Counted from the first letter of the stretch, positions 48,646-58,690 are shown. The stretch: DNA of 64,000 bases from an uncultured virus (IMG/VR IMGVR_UViG_3300006802_016159) (IMGVR_UViG_3300006802_016159); one strand, 5' to 3'. Numbers and translations are program-made. Notes: generated by a model not told the origin, from the sequence alone.

Positions 48646-49640
48646 CTATCGTTCTCCAATGTCCATTTAATTGTTTTCTCCAATGACTCATTGATTGCCA
48701 TTGGGTGCGACCATCCCAGTCCTTTCATCTTATGACCGTCCATAGCATACCTTAGATCATGGCCGGGACGACTGCTATGAAAATCAACCATCTCATACTT
48801 TAATTCTTTGCCTAAAATGCCAGCAATGGTCTGTGCTAACTCAAGGTTGTCGAATTCCCTTTCTCCTACGATATGAAACTTACCAAGGGAAGCGTCGTAA
48901 TTGTCAAGAGTTTCTGTTGTATTATAAATGATATAAAGTAAAGCGTCAGCTACGTTTCTTGCATGAATATAAAATCTGCTACCAGCCTTTGTTCGGTCAG
49001 CATTGCTATGAATGGTTACTGATTCTCCAGCTAAGACCTTTCTAATAATCATAGGAACGAATTTCTCTGGATGTTGCCTCTCGCCAACTACATTCATTGT
49101 ATTTGTGACAATAATGGGCAAACCATAGGTGTTGCTGTATGCTTGACAAATAGATTCTCCTGCCGCCTTCGAAGCAGAGTAAGGGTTACCACAATTAAAT
49201 CGTGCGCCCTCAACATAGTTGGTTCCCTCTGGCGCTGAACCATATACCTCGTCAGTTGAAAAATAAACAAACTTCTTGAGGTTCTTTAAATTCTTTGCAT
49301 ACTCAAGCAAATAAAGGATTGAATTTACATTGTTCTGAACGAATGGGACTGGGTTTGAAATTGAATTGTCCACATGGGAATCAGCGGCAAGGTGAAAAAT
49401 GTATTCGATTTCACCAAGTTCATGAACCAATCCCTCTGGGAACGGCATACACAAGTCGGTCGTAAAAGTCTTTACCCTCTTGTCGTCGAACGCTTTGATG
49501 TCTCTGATCCTGTCGTGACCAGAGCTTGCATAACTCAACTTGTCGATGCAATAGATCTCCCAGTCCGTGTTCTTCAAAAAATGTTCGAGGACATGATGCC
49601 CAACAAACCCATTAGCTCCTGTTAGAATTACCTTTTTCAT
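48630..49640 (-). CDS. rfbB: dTDP-glucose 4,6-dehydratase
   Basis: TGANGFVG, DKLSYA, AADSHVDNSI, STDEVYG, PYSASKA, QHPEK, RPGHDLRY. Confidence 0.88.
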   Translation of the reverse strand: MKKVILTGANGFVGHHVLEHFLKNTDWEIYCIDKLSYASSGHDRIRDIKAFDDKRVKTFTTDLCMPFPEGLVHELGEIEYIFHLAADSHVDNSISNPVPFVQNNVNSILYLLEYAKNLKNLKKFVYFSTDEVYGSAPEGTNYVEGARFNCGNPYSASKAAGESICQAYSNTYGLPIIVTNTMNVVGERQHPEKFVPMIIRKVLAGESVTIHSNADRTKAGSRFYIHARNVADALLYIIYNTTETLDNYDASLGKFHIVGEREFDNLELAQTIAGILGKELKYEMVDFHSSRPGHDLRYAMDGHKMKGLGWSHPMAINESLEKTIKWTLENDRWLNI

Positions 49641-50571
49641 TGATGTATTTTTTGAAATCGTTTTCTGTGTCATACCACCAAGAACTAGCCTTTGCTAAAT
49701 CTCTCTCAGTGTCCAAAATAAGTTTGTCCCACTTCGGCCCTTCTGGATCTGTTACGACCATGTCCTGTGGGTGGGTAGATAAAGACCGTAACTTGTCGCC
49801 GTCTTTAATGAGTTCGCGCCACTGTGCTACGCGTTCTTCAAGGGTACCCTCTGGGGCTTGACCTTTACAAAAAATACCAGACAGGCCAACATGCATTGAC
49901 CTTGCTTGATCTGGTTTGAGAACAAAAAGCTTTTCATTCTCCATAATACGCTCGATTGCGCCGTCATGATGAGTGTGTTCCCTTGTGTTCATTCGAGAGT
50001 CTGGGAAATTGGCCGCGTAATATCCAAGTGGGTTATTGTACAGGGCGTCTCTTGTTAAATGGGGGAAAAGAGCGTTATTAATCATCTCTCCAGAAATAAC
50101 AGACAGTGACGTACATTGATAATCGCCAATCAAGACTTCAGGATCTCCATCCATTTCTGTTTCTGGGCGCCTCTTATGTGCTGCACCCATGATACGAGGA
50201 TATTTTTTGAGATAGTTGTCATAAATATACTTGTTGAATCTCAATTGATCCTTAGTCGGCAAAATATCTTCTTCTCCAATAATTACAAAATCACAAGTTC
50301 TAGGCTTGTAGTTTTGACCCAAATAAGAAGAGAGGATGTTATGGAAGCCAGTCAGAGGGCAGCGGTGCTTTTCTTTAACAATCTGAACTATCTCAACCCT
50401 GTCTCGGTACATTTGGATAACATCGTCTTGTTCAGGACTGTACCCTTCCTCGGTATGAATTTCAATTATGTAATCTCCAATCGTGGGATCGGAGCATAGC
50501 TGCTCTAAATATAAATAAAGCAGGTCTGGCTTATTATAAGCACATATCGCTATAACGTTTTTTGAACTCAT
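49612..50571 (-). CDS. putative GT-A glycosyltransferase
   Basis: AICAYNKP, IIGEEDI, RSMHVG. Resembles GT2/GT13-like proteins. Confidence 0.6.
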   Translation of the reverse strand: MSSKNVIAICAYNKPDLLYLYLEQLCSDPTIGDYIIEIHTEEGYSPEQDDVIQMYRDRVEIVQIVKEKHRCPLTGFHNILSSYLGQNYKPRTCDFVIIGEEDILPTKDQLRFNKYIYDNYLKKYPRIMGAAHKRRPETEMDGDPEVLIGDYQCTSLSVISGEMINNALFPHLTRDALYNNPLGYYAANFPDSRMNTREHTHHDGAIERIMENEKLFVLKPDQARSMHVGLSGIFCKGQAPEGTLEERVAQWRELIKDGDKLRSLSTHPQDMVVTDPEGPKWDKLILDTERDLAKASSWWYDTENDFKKYINEKGNSNRS

Positions 50572-51580
50572 TAAAAATTGCCTTTGCCGAATTGCCATCT
50601 CCAAACGGACATGGTTCCTTTATAACATAATTGTTATTAAACTCAATAAAGAGACGATCTAAATCGGCGGGTGATTCACAAAGTTTAAAGAACGAGTTCA
50701 GTCCTTCTGCTCTTTCTGTGGTTTTTCTGCATACAATAGCCTTCTTTTTAAGAAAACTGGATTCTTCTTGAATTCCTCCGCTATCAGTAATTACGAATCT
50801 GCAATCTTTCAAAAACTCAATCAGACTCTCATGACTCATTGGCTCCACAACGTTCACGTTTGGGACGAGATTTTTTATACTCTTGTCAATGGATGGGTGT
50901 AATGGCAAAACGAATTCAACATCTGGATTTTTTATGGCTAATTTATTAAATTCTTGAAACCAAAAATTAAAATATTCCCTGTTTTCTCTTCGGTGCATTG
51001 TTACGAGGACTTTGTCTCCATAACTAGCCTCAACACCTTTTAAATTATCTAATACTGTATTACCAACGACAGCGATGTCTCCAGAAATGTGTTCCATATC
51101 TAGATTTCCAGCCGCATCATCTGTTGGACATAAATGTAAATCAGTAATTCTGCTCACCATTTGGCGATACCCTTCTTCTGGAAATGGATTTTTTAAATCA
51201 CAAGTTCTTAGTCCAGCTTCCAAATGAATAACCTTTTTACCCATGTTGAAAGCCGAGATGGCTGTAGCGGCTACGGTAGCCGTATCACCTTGAACTAAAA
51301 CATGAGTATAATTTTCCAGTATTGCCGTCGATCTTGTTAGAATGTATGCATAAATAGAATTTAGTCTATTATTATTTATTGTTGACCCACTATCTATGCG
51401 GAGGATGTGATCGGGTGAATTTTTAAAATCAAAAGAGCCTTTAACGTTGTTACCTACAAACCACTTGTCGTGTTGTCCGATGAATACTGTTCCAAAGTTA
51501 ACCTTCCCTTTGAAATATTCGATCAAAGGCTTAACCTTGATGTATTCAGGTCTTGTCCCATAGCAAATTAGCAATTTCAT
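50534..51580 (-). CDS. wecB: UDP-N-acetylglucosamine 2-epimerase
   Basis: GTRPEYIK, GQH, VQGDT, HLEAGLR, PFPEE, HRREN, TDSGGIQEE, TERAEG, PFGDG. Confidence 0.93.
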   Translation of the reverse strand: MKLLICYGTRPEYIKVKPLIEYFKGKVNFGTVFIGQHDKWFVGNNVKGSFDFKNSPDHILRIDSGSTINNNRLNSIYAYILTRSTAILENYTHVLVQGDTATVAATAISAFNMGKKVIHLEAGLRTCDLKNPFPEEGYRQMVSRITDLHLCPTDDAAGNLDMEHISGDIAVVGNTVLDNLKGVEASYGDKVLVTMHRRENREYFNFWFQEFNKLAIKNPDVEFVLPLHPSIDKSIKNLVPNVNVVEPMSHESLIEFLKDCRFVITDSGGIQEESSFLKKKAIVCRKTTERAEGLNSFFKLCESPADLDRLFIEFNNNYVIKEPCPFGDGNSAKAIFNEFKKRYSDMCL

Positions 51581-51699
51581 TTTTTCTTCTTTCCATGATA
51601 TTCGCAATTATCATATTCATTCTTAATACTCATTAACAATACAAAAGCGTATCCTGATCCAATAACAAAAGAAGCCAATGATAGTAACCAGTATTCCAT
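51577..51699 (-). CDS. 40-aa single-pass membrane microprotein (not in ORF track)
   Basis: MEYWLLSLASFVIGSGYAFVLLMSIKNEYDNCEYHGKKKK. Start overlaps the clpP stop (TAATG) and stop overlaps the wecB start (ATGA). Confidence 0.65.
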   Translation of the reverse strand: MEYWLLSLASFVIGSGYAFVLLMSIKNEYDNCEYHGKKKK

Positions 51700-52268
51700 T
51701 AGTCGGGCTTGATGATTTCATCGACCACGCCAAGTTCCAAAGCTTCCTTGGCATTCATGAACCAGTCGATCTTTTTGTCTTTGATTTCTTTGAGTTTTAC
51801 CTTGGTAATCTTAGTCTTCTTAAGGGTCATGTCCTCGATTCTCTTTTGGAGTCGGCGCGTTTCCTTTAAATCAATCTCCATGTCTTCGATCTTACCCCAG
51901 AATCCAGTGGATACTTGGTGATAAAGAGGTGTCGCCTCACTGAAACAAAATCTCTTATGCCCATGAATCAAAATCATAAACCCACAAGACATCGCTGCGC
52001 CTGTGGCGATTGTATGGATAGGTGTCTTAGAATTCTCCATGTGACCAAGCAAAGAAAAGCATTGGTAAACCGTTCCTCCATAACTATCAATGTAAAGATT
52101 GATTGGTTGTGGCTCGTAGGTAATTCCGTGAACCTCTGCAAGTTGCTTGTTTAACTCGTCGGACTTGTTGATGTTATCAATCTTTTCCGCTACCTCCTTC
52201 ATAGTCTTCTGTTCTACTTGACCAGAGAAGAAAATGTTCCTGTCTGCAATTTCTAATGTTACTGTCAT
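51699..52268 (-). CDS. clpP: ClpP-family protease
   Basis: LYIDSYGG, AMSCG (Ser), YHQ (His), DWFMNAKEALELGVVD. Confidence 0.88.
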   Translation of the reverse strand: MTVTLEIADRNIFFSGQVEQKTMKEVAEKIDNINKSDELNKQLAEVHGITYEPQPINLYIDSYGGTVYQCFSLLGHMENSKTPIHTIATGAAMSCGFMILIHGHKRFCFSEATPLYHQVSTGFWGKIEDMEIDLKETRRLQKRIEDMTLKKTKITKVKLKEIKDKKIDWFMNAKEALELGVVDEIIKPD

Positions 52269-52318
52269 ATTGTTTTACGATAAATTATACTGAAACCAAA
52301 ACTCAAAATCACCTTCAA

Positions 52319-53176
52319 TCATGCTGGTACATCCTTCCATGCTTTGATCAACTCAGGCTTTGCTCCTAAATGAAATCCCGGTGCTATTCTATTGTGGTCT
52401 GCCTGTTTAGCTTTCTCTTCGTCTGATACAAAATCTGGATGGCGAGCGATCTTTTGGAAACACATTCCCTTTTTATGATAATGCTTGAGGTTCGCGCCGA
52501 AGTGGCTTCCATGATAGTTACAGGAAATAGCTACATCATCAATGCCATACTGCATCGCCTCGTTTGGTTGGCTACCCCACAGAGATAGGTCGTCTCTAGG
52601 ATGGGGAGGCACGTATGTATTCAGCCCCAACTTCTGAGCAGAGTATGATAGATGAACGTCTTCGCCAGACAATTCATGTTGAGGAACAGGTGCCTCGCTC
52701 CAGAACTTACCAAGGACTTCTCTATCAAAGAACCAGCTATGACCTACGATGTCAACCTCTTGAGCGTGTTCGTTTGGTTCTGCCCAGCCATACCTCTTGT
52801 AATTTCTGTAATCTAAATCGTGAAATACAACACCGATAGTACCGTAAACCCCTCTTTGTCTACTATGGTTTACCAAACAGTTTTCTAGCCAATTCTCACC
52901 GGGAATTGTATCGTCGTCAAATAAACAAATGTAATCACCAGTAGAATTCAAGGCGTATGCAAACCTAGACCAGACACCCCAATTAAAATTAGATACTGCT
53001 GATGCGTGGTTGTGAAGAACGGGTTGAATAGGCTGGAAGTCCTCAAGGTTACCTTTGTTCTGCCAAATAAGTATCTCATGGGGCGCGACGGACTGAGCCT
53101 CCAACGCCGCGATCTGCTGATTCAATGTATCAGGACGCTTATAGCAATTTAAAATAACAGATACTTTACCCTTCAT
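52319..53176 (-). CDS. GT2-family glycosyltransferase
   Basis: VSVILNCYKR, ICLFDDD, GEDVHLS. Confidence 0.82.
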   Translation of the reverse strand: MKGKVSVILNCYKRPDTLNQQIAALEAQSVAPHEILIWQNKGNLEDFQPIQPVLHNHASAVSNFNWGVWSRFAYALNSTGDYICLFDDDTIPGENWLENCLVNHSRQRGVYGTIGVVFHDLDYRNYKRYGWAEPNEHAQEVDIVGHSWFFDREVLGKFWSEAPVPQHELSGEDVHLSYSAQKLGLNTYVPPHPRDDLSLWGSQPNEAMQYGIDDVAISCNYHGSHFGANLKHYHKKGMCFQKIARHPDFVSDEEKAKQADHNRIAPGFHLGAKPELIKAWKDVPA

Positions 53177-54008
53177 GTAACAAGTCTTCTATAATCTCAA
53201 CAATTTCGTCTCTCTTATTCCAAATCTCTTTGATTAACTCTCTACCGCTTTTCGGATAGTAATCTTCGAAATAAGCCCCAGTGTATTCGTTTGTAATGAC
53301 CGCTAGGTTCATCATCTTTGCTTCCAGCGTCACCCTTGATAAGGTTTCAGGAATCAAAGGAAAAAACAGGTACAGTGAGTAATTACTTAGACTGTCCAAG
53401 AAAGAATAATATTCTTGCTTTGGGATTAAATCGTATGTAATTTGATTCCTCTTACAAAAATCGATTGCTCCTTGCTTGTTTTTAATCCAGAAACCCTCAT
53501 CGAGAATAGCGGCCTTCCCATTCTTTGGTTTCTCGGATAGACTCTCGATGTATTCTAAGTCAGCGGACCTCCATAGATTACCGCCGAAGGATTCAATGTG
53601 ACGTAGGTTGAGGTTCTTGACAAAAATATCTCTTTGTAACCTACTCTGGGTTAAGATTTTACGAGCGTACTTGTAGAAACTTTTATGGACGATCTTATCT
53701 GTCGGGACAATGCAATTGTCATACTCTGAGGGATTGCGCGTCTTCAGGAATTTATAATCATGCTCAATGATAATGTATTTTTTATCCATTAAAAAGTCCT
53801 TGGCTTCATCAGAAATAAAATAGAAGTTCGAAACAATGAATGAATCTATGTTAGTATAACTTGAGAGACTTTTATTGAAGTTCTCAGTCTTAACGTAGTC
53901 AACCTCAATGTTTCGCTCCTCTAACAGACCTTTTAAAATAATATCATTAGACTCCGCGCCACCGGGAATTTCATCATACAGGAAGTCTGAGATTAAAGCT
54001 ACTTTCAT
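53166..54008 (-). CDS. GT4-like glycosyltransferase
   Basis: GGAE, EHDY, PETLSRVTLEAKMM. Confidence 0.7.
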   Translation of the reverse strand: MKVALISDFLYDEIPGGAESNDIILKGLLEERNIEVDYVKTENFNKSLSSYTNIDSFIVSNFYFISDEAKDFLMDKKYIIIEHDYKFLKTRNPSEYDNCIVPTDKIVHKSFYKYARKILTQSRLQRDIFVKNLNLRHIESFGGNLWRSADLEYIESLSEKPKNGKAAILDEGFWIKNKQGAIDFCKRNQITYDLIPKQEYYSFLDSLSNYSLYLFFPLIPETLSRVTLEAKMMNLAVITNEYTGAYFEDYYPKSGRELIKEIWNKRDEIVEIIEDLLHEG

Positions 54009-54850
54009 CTATTGGGCAAGGAAACTGTGATGATTTCCTCATTGCCACCTGTCTTATAGGTGTAGGTCATCTGGGTGATCGGCATTTTAGCCCTCTTGAA
54101 TTCATCCATCTTCTTGTAGAAAAAATCGATTGACCAATTCGTTGGGAAGTCAAAAGTATATTTGATGTTGCCGTCAGCTTCTACGCTTTGAATTCTTTCG
54201 ATTTTGAGTCCATCGTCTGCCTTGGCTATCGCTTCGTTTAGCTTCAGGTATTCTTGGTTGCCTTGTACAGCGGTGATATGTTCTGGCGCAGCATACCTGA
54301 GATTGTAAAGACGCACAATACTGTCCTTGCCCCTGTCCAATCCATGAAAGAAGACATTGTTTACGTCGTAGGTTTCTCCAGTTTCAGCAACGAAATAACC
54401 ATAAAAGGTTCTAATCTCGTCGCCTTTCTTGATGTTCTTGTCTGCAATGAAACGAAAAAGTTGGTCGTCAATATGCCAGCTTGCATTGTTGTTTGTATTG
54501 GACGTGTTGTAAATTGGTCCGTTACCCAAAGGAAGAACAGTAAACACAATCCTCTCTCCTAATAGATCGGGGGCCGGTGGACTCCATTTAAAGTAATACT
54601 TTTCTGGCACTTTGAATTTGAGGTTGTGTCTCAGGTTAACCAAATATTCAGCCTTGTCATGAAGAAGCTTTTCGCTTTTTAGGAAAGTCATCAACTTCTC
54701 GCCATACTTAGTGTACTCGGGGAACAATACAAATGGAACCTCTTCCAAAACTTCGCCCTGACTGATGTCATCCATAGCGAATACACCATACCCCTCGATA
54801 GGTGATTGTCTAACTTCTAGTCTTCCGCAGTTGTGTAATACTTGTTTCAT
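54005..54850 (-). CDS. SET-domain methyltransferase-like protein with C-terminal extension
   Basis: SPIEGYGVFA..DI..GE, IYNTS (NHS-like), IKKGDEIRTFYG. Confidence 0.8.
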   Translation of the reverse strand: MKQVLHNCGRLEVRQSPIEGYGVFAMDDISQGEVLEEVPFVLFPEYTKYGEKLMTFLKSEKLLHDKAEYLVNLRHNLKFKVPEKYYFKWSPPAPDLLGERIVFTVLPLGNGPIYNTSNTNNNASWHIDDQLFRFIADKNIKKGDEIRTFYGYFVAETGETYDVNNVFFHGLDRGKDSIVRLYNLRYAAPEHITAVQGNQEYLKLNEAIAKADDGLKIERIQSVEADGNIKYTFDFPTNWSIDFFYKKMDEFKRAKMPITQMTYTYKTGGNEEIITVSLPNR

Positions 54851-54852
54851 AT

Positions 54853-55221
54853 TTATGTAGTGATGTGGGTGATTGAATTTGCGTCGCCATTTTTAAGCGG
54901 GTGGTCTTTTTTGGTTTTCTTTTCGTATTTTTTAATTGAATCTTCTTTGATATAGTCTTTTCCGTCTTTTTGGGTTCTTTTCTCGCTCATCTCTTGGCTG
55001 ATATCCCACATATCCCCAACGGTCATATTTCTATTTGTTTTCTTCATGAAAGCGTCTTTACTATATGGGTCGTTATCCATTACGTCAATGGACGCATTGG
55101 GGATTGTAAAAATTCTCTTCCATTCAATTCCGTTTTCGGAATAAATATGGTCTTCGTTCATTTTTTGAACGACTTCTTTGATCTCTCCGGTTTTTGGGTT
55201 TTCAAATAGGTAAATCGGCAT
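54853..55221 (-). CDS. FmdB-like ribbon protein lacking cysteines
   Basis: MPIYLF...TGE..EVVQKM...KRIF pattern. Confidence 0.5.
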   Translation of the reverse strand: MPIYLFENPKTGEIKEVVQKMNEDHIYSENGIEWKRIFTIPNASIDVMDNDPYSKDAFMKKTNRNMTVGDMWDISQEMSEKRTQKDGKDYIKEDSIKKYEKKTKKDHPLKNGDANSITHITT

Positions 55222-55465
55222 GGTCCTTGTATTCCTTGATTAAATCTTTGATTTCTTCTTTTGTTAGCTCTTCAAACTCTAAAATATCAAACCTATCCTC
55301 TTCTTCGCTTCCAACCATGATAAAAACAGGGAAGTCTCTATTGGATTCTTCCATCAGTTTATGCATACATTTTTTAATTTCTTTACAATAAGGCTCCCCT
55401 CCAGACCTTTTTGTTGAAAGGATGACGATGGAATTTTTTTTTATTTTATGTGTATTGATTTTCAT
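55202..55465 (-). CDS. hypothetical protein
   Basis: 87 aa, overlaps both neighbours. Confidence 0.5.
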   Translation of the reverse strand: MKINTHKIKKNSIVILSTKRSGGEPYCKEIKKCMHKLMEESNRDFPVFIMVGSEEEDRFDILEFEELTKEEIKDLIKEYKDHADLPI

Positions 55466-56139
55466 GCATACAACGAAAAAATGCTTTCGGTCTCCGCTTT
55501 ATCCTTTCCGAAAACGAACTGGTTTGTTCCCTCTTCGTCGTTCGCCCTGAAAAAGCTCTGTTCAAAGCCTTTCTCTTTCATTGCTTCGATTGTACTTTTG
55601 ATGTCCTCTGGACCTTCAACGTAGGCTTCGCCGCATACGAATTCAAAATCCTTGATCTTGTTGCTTCCCTTCAAGAGTTCCAAGTCATAATTTCTAGTAT
55701 GAAGTTTGAGGAAGTTAGGTTGCTCAGGTAACTGTCCGACCATTGTATCGAATGGGACAAATAATCCTTGGTCGAAGTCGCCCTTTGGATTGAATTTGAT
55801 TTCATTGAAATCGTAGAACTTGTTGTTCATGTCAGGGTGTGCCAATTTCTGTACGCAGTAATCATACCACATACCTGCATTGAAAGGCACTACGATGTCT
55901 CTAAATAATGACACGTTCTTAAGAAGCATTTCATAGTTTGGCTTATATGGTTCGAAAGCGTAAACTCGTTTGGCTCCCTTCATTGCGCAGTTGAGAGAGA
56001 AATACCCACAATGCGCTCCGACATCAAGCACCACGCAGTTCTCAGGCAGGATTTGAATGCGATAATGATTCGTATAAAAAATCTTATCCAAGATCATCTG
56101 GTCGTTAGAGAACGAACGGATTGTAAGTTCGGGTGTCAT
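55462..56139 (-). CDS. FkbM-family SAM methyltransferase
   Basis: VLDVGAHCGYFS, VYAFEP...NYEML. Confidence 0.82.
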   Translation of the reverse strand: MTPELTIRSFSNDQMILDKIFYTNHYRIQILPENCVVLDVGAHCGYFSLNCAMKGAKRVYAFEPYKPNYEMLLKNVSLFRDIVVPFNAGMWYDYCVQKLAHPDMNNKFYDFNEIKFNPKGDFDQGLFVPFDTMVGQLPEQPNFLKLHTRNYDLELLKGSNKIKDFEFVCGEAYVEGPEDIKSTIEAMKEKGFEQSFFRANDEEGTNQFVFGKDKAETESIFSLYA

Positions 56140-56363
56140 TATTGAAATCGTGAGCTAGGTGTTGGATACTTCTTCAAATTAGATACACGCACAACTAAGA
56201 TGCTGCTAGGAGGATAAAACTCCATAACGTTATTATTACTGAATGTGTGGCGGTAACCTTTGTCAGCAATGGCGGCGGCGTGTTCCCTCGCCTGCTCAGC
56301 GTTGTCCGCTTTATATCTGAATGTCTTACCGTTGATTAAATGAACTGATACTATTGGTTTCAT
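56139..56363 (-). CDS. small hypothetical protein
   Basis: 74 aa, coupled on both sides. Confidence 0.55.
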   Translation of the reverse strand: MKPIVSVHLINGKTFRYKADNAEQAREHAAAIADKGYRHTFSNNNVMEFYPPSSILVVRVSNLKKYPTPSSRFQ

Positions 56364-57466
56364 ACTGCTTTCAAAACTGCTTCCACCATCTTCTCTGAAC
56401 TGAAGTCCTCTTGGAGCTTCAATCCTTCTGTGTTTTCTCTTGACTTTTCAACTCGGGCGACCGCTTCCTCACAAGCAGCAATAAATTCTTCTTCGCTGAA
56501 ATCAAAAATCTGTCCTTGATTCCAAGGTCCACCCTTATGGAAAAAGAATCCGTCTGCTGCATCAATCTTACCCTTCGGCTCGACAAGTACGGAGTTCTTT
56601 TCGTTTGCCCATTCCTTGTAACCATGAGGGTTCATAATGACGGCGTGTTTACCCAATGCCACAGACTGAAACTCTGGAAGACCCCAACCTTCGCCTCCGC
56701 TCATGCCGATGATAATATCACCTGAGTTCAAATAATCATTGTAGAGTTTGTTCTGAACCATGTGACCGTAGAACTGGACGTTGAAAATCCTTTGTCCACC
56801 AGTTAAATGTTGAATGATCTTTTGATATTCTTGTTCGGCGTTAGGGAAGTGAGGGTTATAAATACAAGGTTGTAAGAAATATTTAGGATTGTTACCGAAT
56901 CTCTTGATCCACGCTCGAATCAATCTCTCATGGTGCTTTCTCTTCTCGAACTTACCCGCAATATTAAATGTCACGCGCCCATCTTGGATCTTCTTCCCCT
57001 CGATCTTTTTGAAATTGTATTTGTCGAATGCCAATGGAATGTAGTCGGACTTGATTCCATACTGTTCAAATACAGACTGAGTATATTTTGAAGAGAACGC
57101 AACCCTATTATTTTTAGCAATATTAATTTCCGCTGGGGTTGGCGCGTCCAGTTCATAGAAGGTGAGAAGCAAAGGGTCATTAGAAATAGACTCCATTGAT
57201 CCATTCAAATGCCATAGCTTGAAGCTCGGCATCGACCTCTTATGCTTGTCTAGTCCATTGTTCAACAAGTCATTGACAGTCTTTTGAAATTCGGGGTTTT
57301 CCTCTTGTGCGCTGAAATCGGGCTGACCAATCAAGAACATCTTGTCAAGGTTGGCAATATCTTTATACTTGTCGTAGTTATCCAAGTAAGTTCTAAGCAA
57401 CAAGATGCTTGTCTGTCCAAATGAAACGCTGTTTAATGGTAGATGCGCCGTAAATTCTTTACTCAT
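56360..57466 (-). CDS. GT4-family glycosyltransferase
   Basis: GKFEKRK, SGGEGWGLPEFQSVALGK. Confidence 0.82.
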   Translation of the reverse strand: MSKEFTAHLPLNSVSFGQTSILLLRTYLDNYDKYKDIANLDKMFLIGQPDFSAQEENPEFQKTVNDLLNNGLDKHKRSMPSFKLWHLNGSMESISNDPLLLTFYELDAPTPAEINIAKNNRVAFSSKYTQSVFEQYGIKSDYIPLAFDKYNFKKIEGKKIQDGRVTFNIAGKFEKRKHHERLIRAWIKRFGNNPKYFLQPCIYNPHFPNAEQEYQKIIQHLTGGQRIFNVQFYGHMVQNKLYNDYLNSGDIIIGMSGGEGWGLPEFQSVALGKHAVIMNPHGYKEWANEKNSVLVEPKGKIDAADGFFFHKGGPWNQGQIFDFSEEEFIAACEEAVARVEKSRENTEGLKLQEDFSSEKMVEAVLKAV

Positions 57467-58053
57467 AAATTGTCTTTGTCTTTGATTTTGTCACGCAGAA
57501 TATTCAATACTCTGTTATGTAATGAGATTGCAGTTTGGATTGAAATATTCATTTTTTCTGAGATAGTTCTCCAAGTTAACTTCTTGTCTTGGAAATATCT
57601 TAGCTCAATGATCCTCTTCAGCCTCTCGTCAGAGATGCCTTCGTAACAGAAGCGAAGTTCGTCATACTGGTACGGGTCTTCATCCGTATCGTACGATGAT
57701 TTCTGAGAATCTTCGATGAAGTCTTTGATCTCTTGGTTATCGAAGTTGACCAAAAGACGGCGGGAATTGATGGAGTTTAGACAAACATATCTAGCATGGT
57801 TGCCTATATGAGTGGAGAGCTTGGTCTTCCTGTCTGGATCGTAATTGCAGGCGCAGGACCAAAGGATGAAGTCTTTCTCCTTGTAGAGATCGTCAGGGTT
57901 TACACCCGAATTTTTTAAAGCTTGAGAGTATTTCTGGCAAATTTTATAAAATACATTCTCGTATCTACGACATAATTCTAAATAACTGTCGTTGCAACTC
58001 TCATTTTTAATCTTTAAAACTAAATCTTTGTCATTTACTTCTTTTATATTCAT
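57463..58053 (-). CDS. phage RNA polymerase sigma factor (sigma70 regions 2 and 4)
   Basis: YDPDRKTKLSTHI (region 2), IIELRYF...TWRTISEKMNISIQT (region 4 HTH). Confidence 0.82.
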   Translation of the reverse strand: MNIKEVNDKDLVLKIKNESCNDSYLELCRRYENVFYKICQKYSQALKNSGVNPDDLYKEKDFILWSCACNYDPDRKTKLSTHIGNHARYVCLNSINSRRLLVNFDNQEIKDFIEDSQKSSYDTDEDPYQYDELRFCYEGISDERLKRIIELRYFQDKKLTWRTISEKMNISIQTAISLHNRVLNILRDKIKDKDNL

Positions 58054-58690
58054 TGAGATAATCCACAAGAGAATCTATATGATCCTCTAATAGATGTAGA
58101 CTGGTCCCAACGTCTCGCCATTCAATTTTATAATCGGCAAGTTCCTGAAGTTTAACATCATTTTCAGCCTCGTCTACGTTCGGAGCTTCGACGTAGCTCC
58201 TTCCGCAATCTATCCAACCCGTAGGTTCTTCCATTGGACCCGTGAATGTTTGAAATTGTTCGTATTTCTTGAGATGAACCAAGGTTCCTCCAAGAGATTT
58301 CAACCAAAACACTTCATCGCTGGGGTAATCTGGATTAGCATATCTAATGTCAGTAACAATAGCCCAACCTCCTGCCTCAACAATTTTTTGAATTTCAATT
58401 GTGGCTATATTTGTCCAGTGTGTTCCTTTAGATTCACGCCTACGGATTCCTCCCCACGCCACCATCAATGGACGAAGGAGTTCTTTTTCTTTTGAATCTT
58501 GAGTCCAGACATCCTTATCGAAATAATTTCTTAAGACAGGAGACATTTCAGTTTTCAAAGCGTCAGCCAAGGCAACTCGCTTGGAATTTTCATTCATTCT
58601 CTTCAATAATAATTGACAGAGAGTGTCCTTACCCGTCCTTGCGAAACCACTAATGCCGAGAACGCCGCCGCCTTGTACTTTTTTACTCAT
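58031..58690 (-). CDS. deoxynucleoside monophosphate kinase
   Basis: GISGFARTGKDT, LADALK, RPLMVAWG, VTDIRY. Confidence 0.8.
   Translation of the reverse strand: MSKKVQGGGVLGISGFARTGKDTLCQLLLKRMNENSKRVALADALKTEMSPVLRNYFDKDVWTQDSKEKELLRPLMVAWGGIRRRESKGTHWTNIATIEIQKIVEAGGWAIVTDIRYANPDYPSDEVFWLKSLGGTLVHLKKYEQFQTFTGPMEEPTGWIDCGRSYVEAPNVDEAENDVKLQELADYKIEWRDVGTSLHLLEDHIDSLVDYLNEYKRSK

Noticed and set aside
34692..57466. Bacterial O-antigen/capsule locus (chromosomal origin)
   Set aside because: No wzx/wzy/wzm/wzt or initiating transferase. It is contiguous and coupled with phage-type replication, sigma and dNMP kinase genes.
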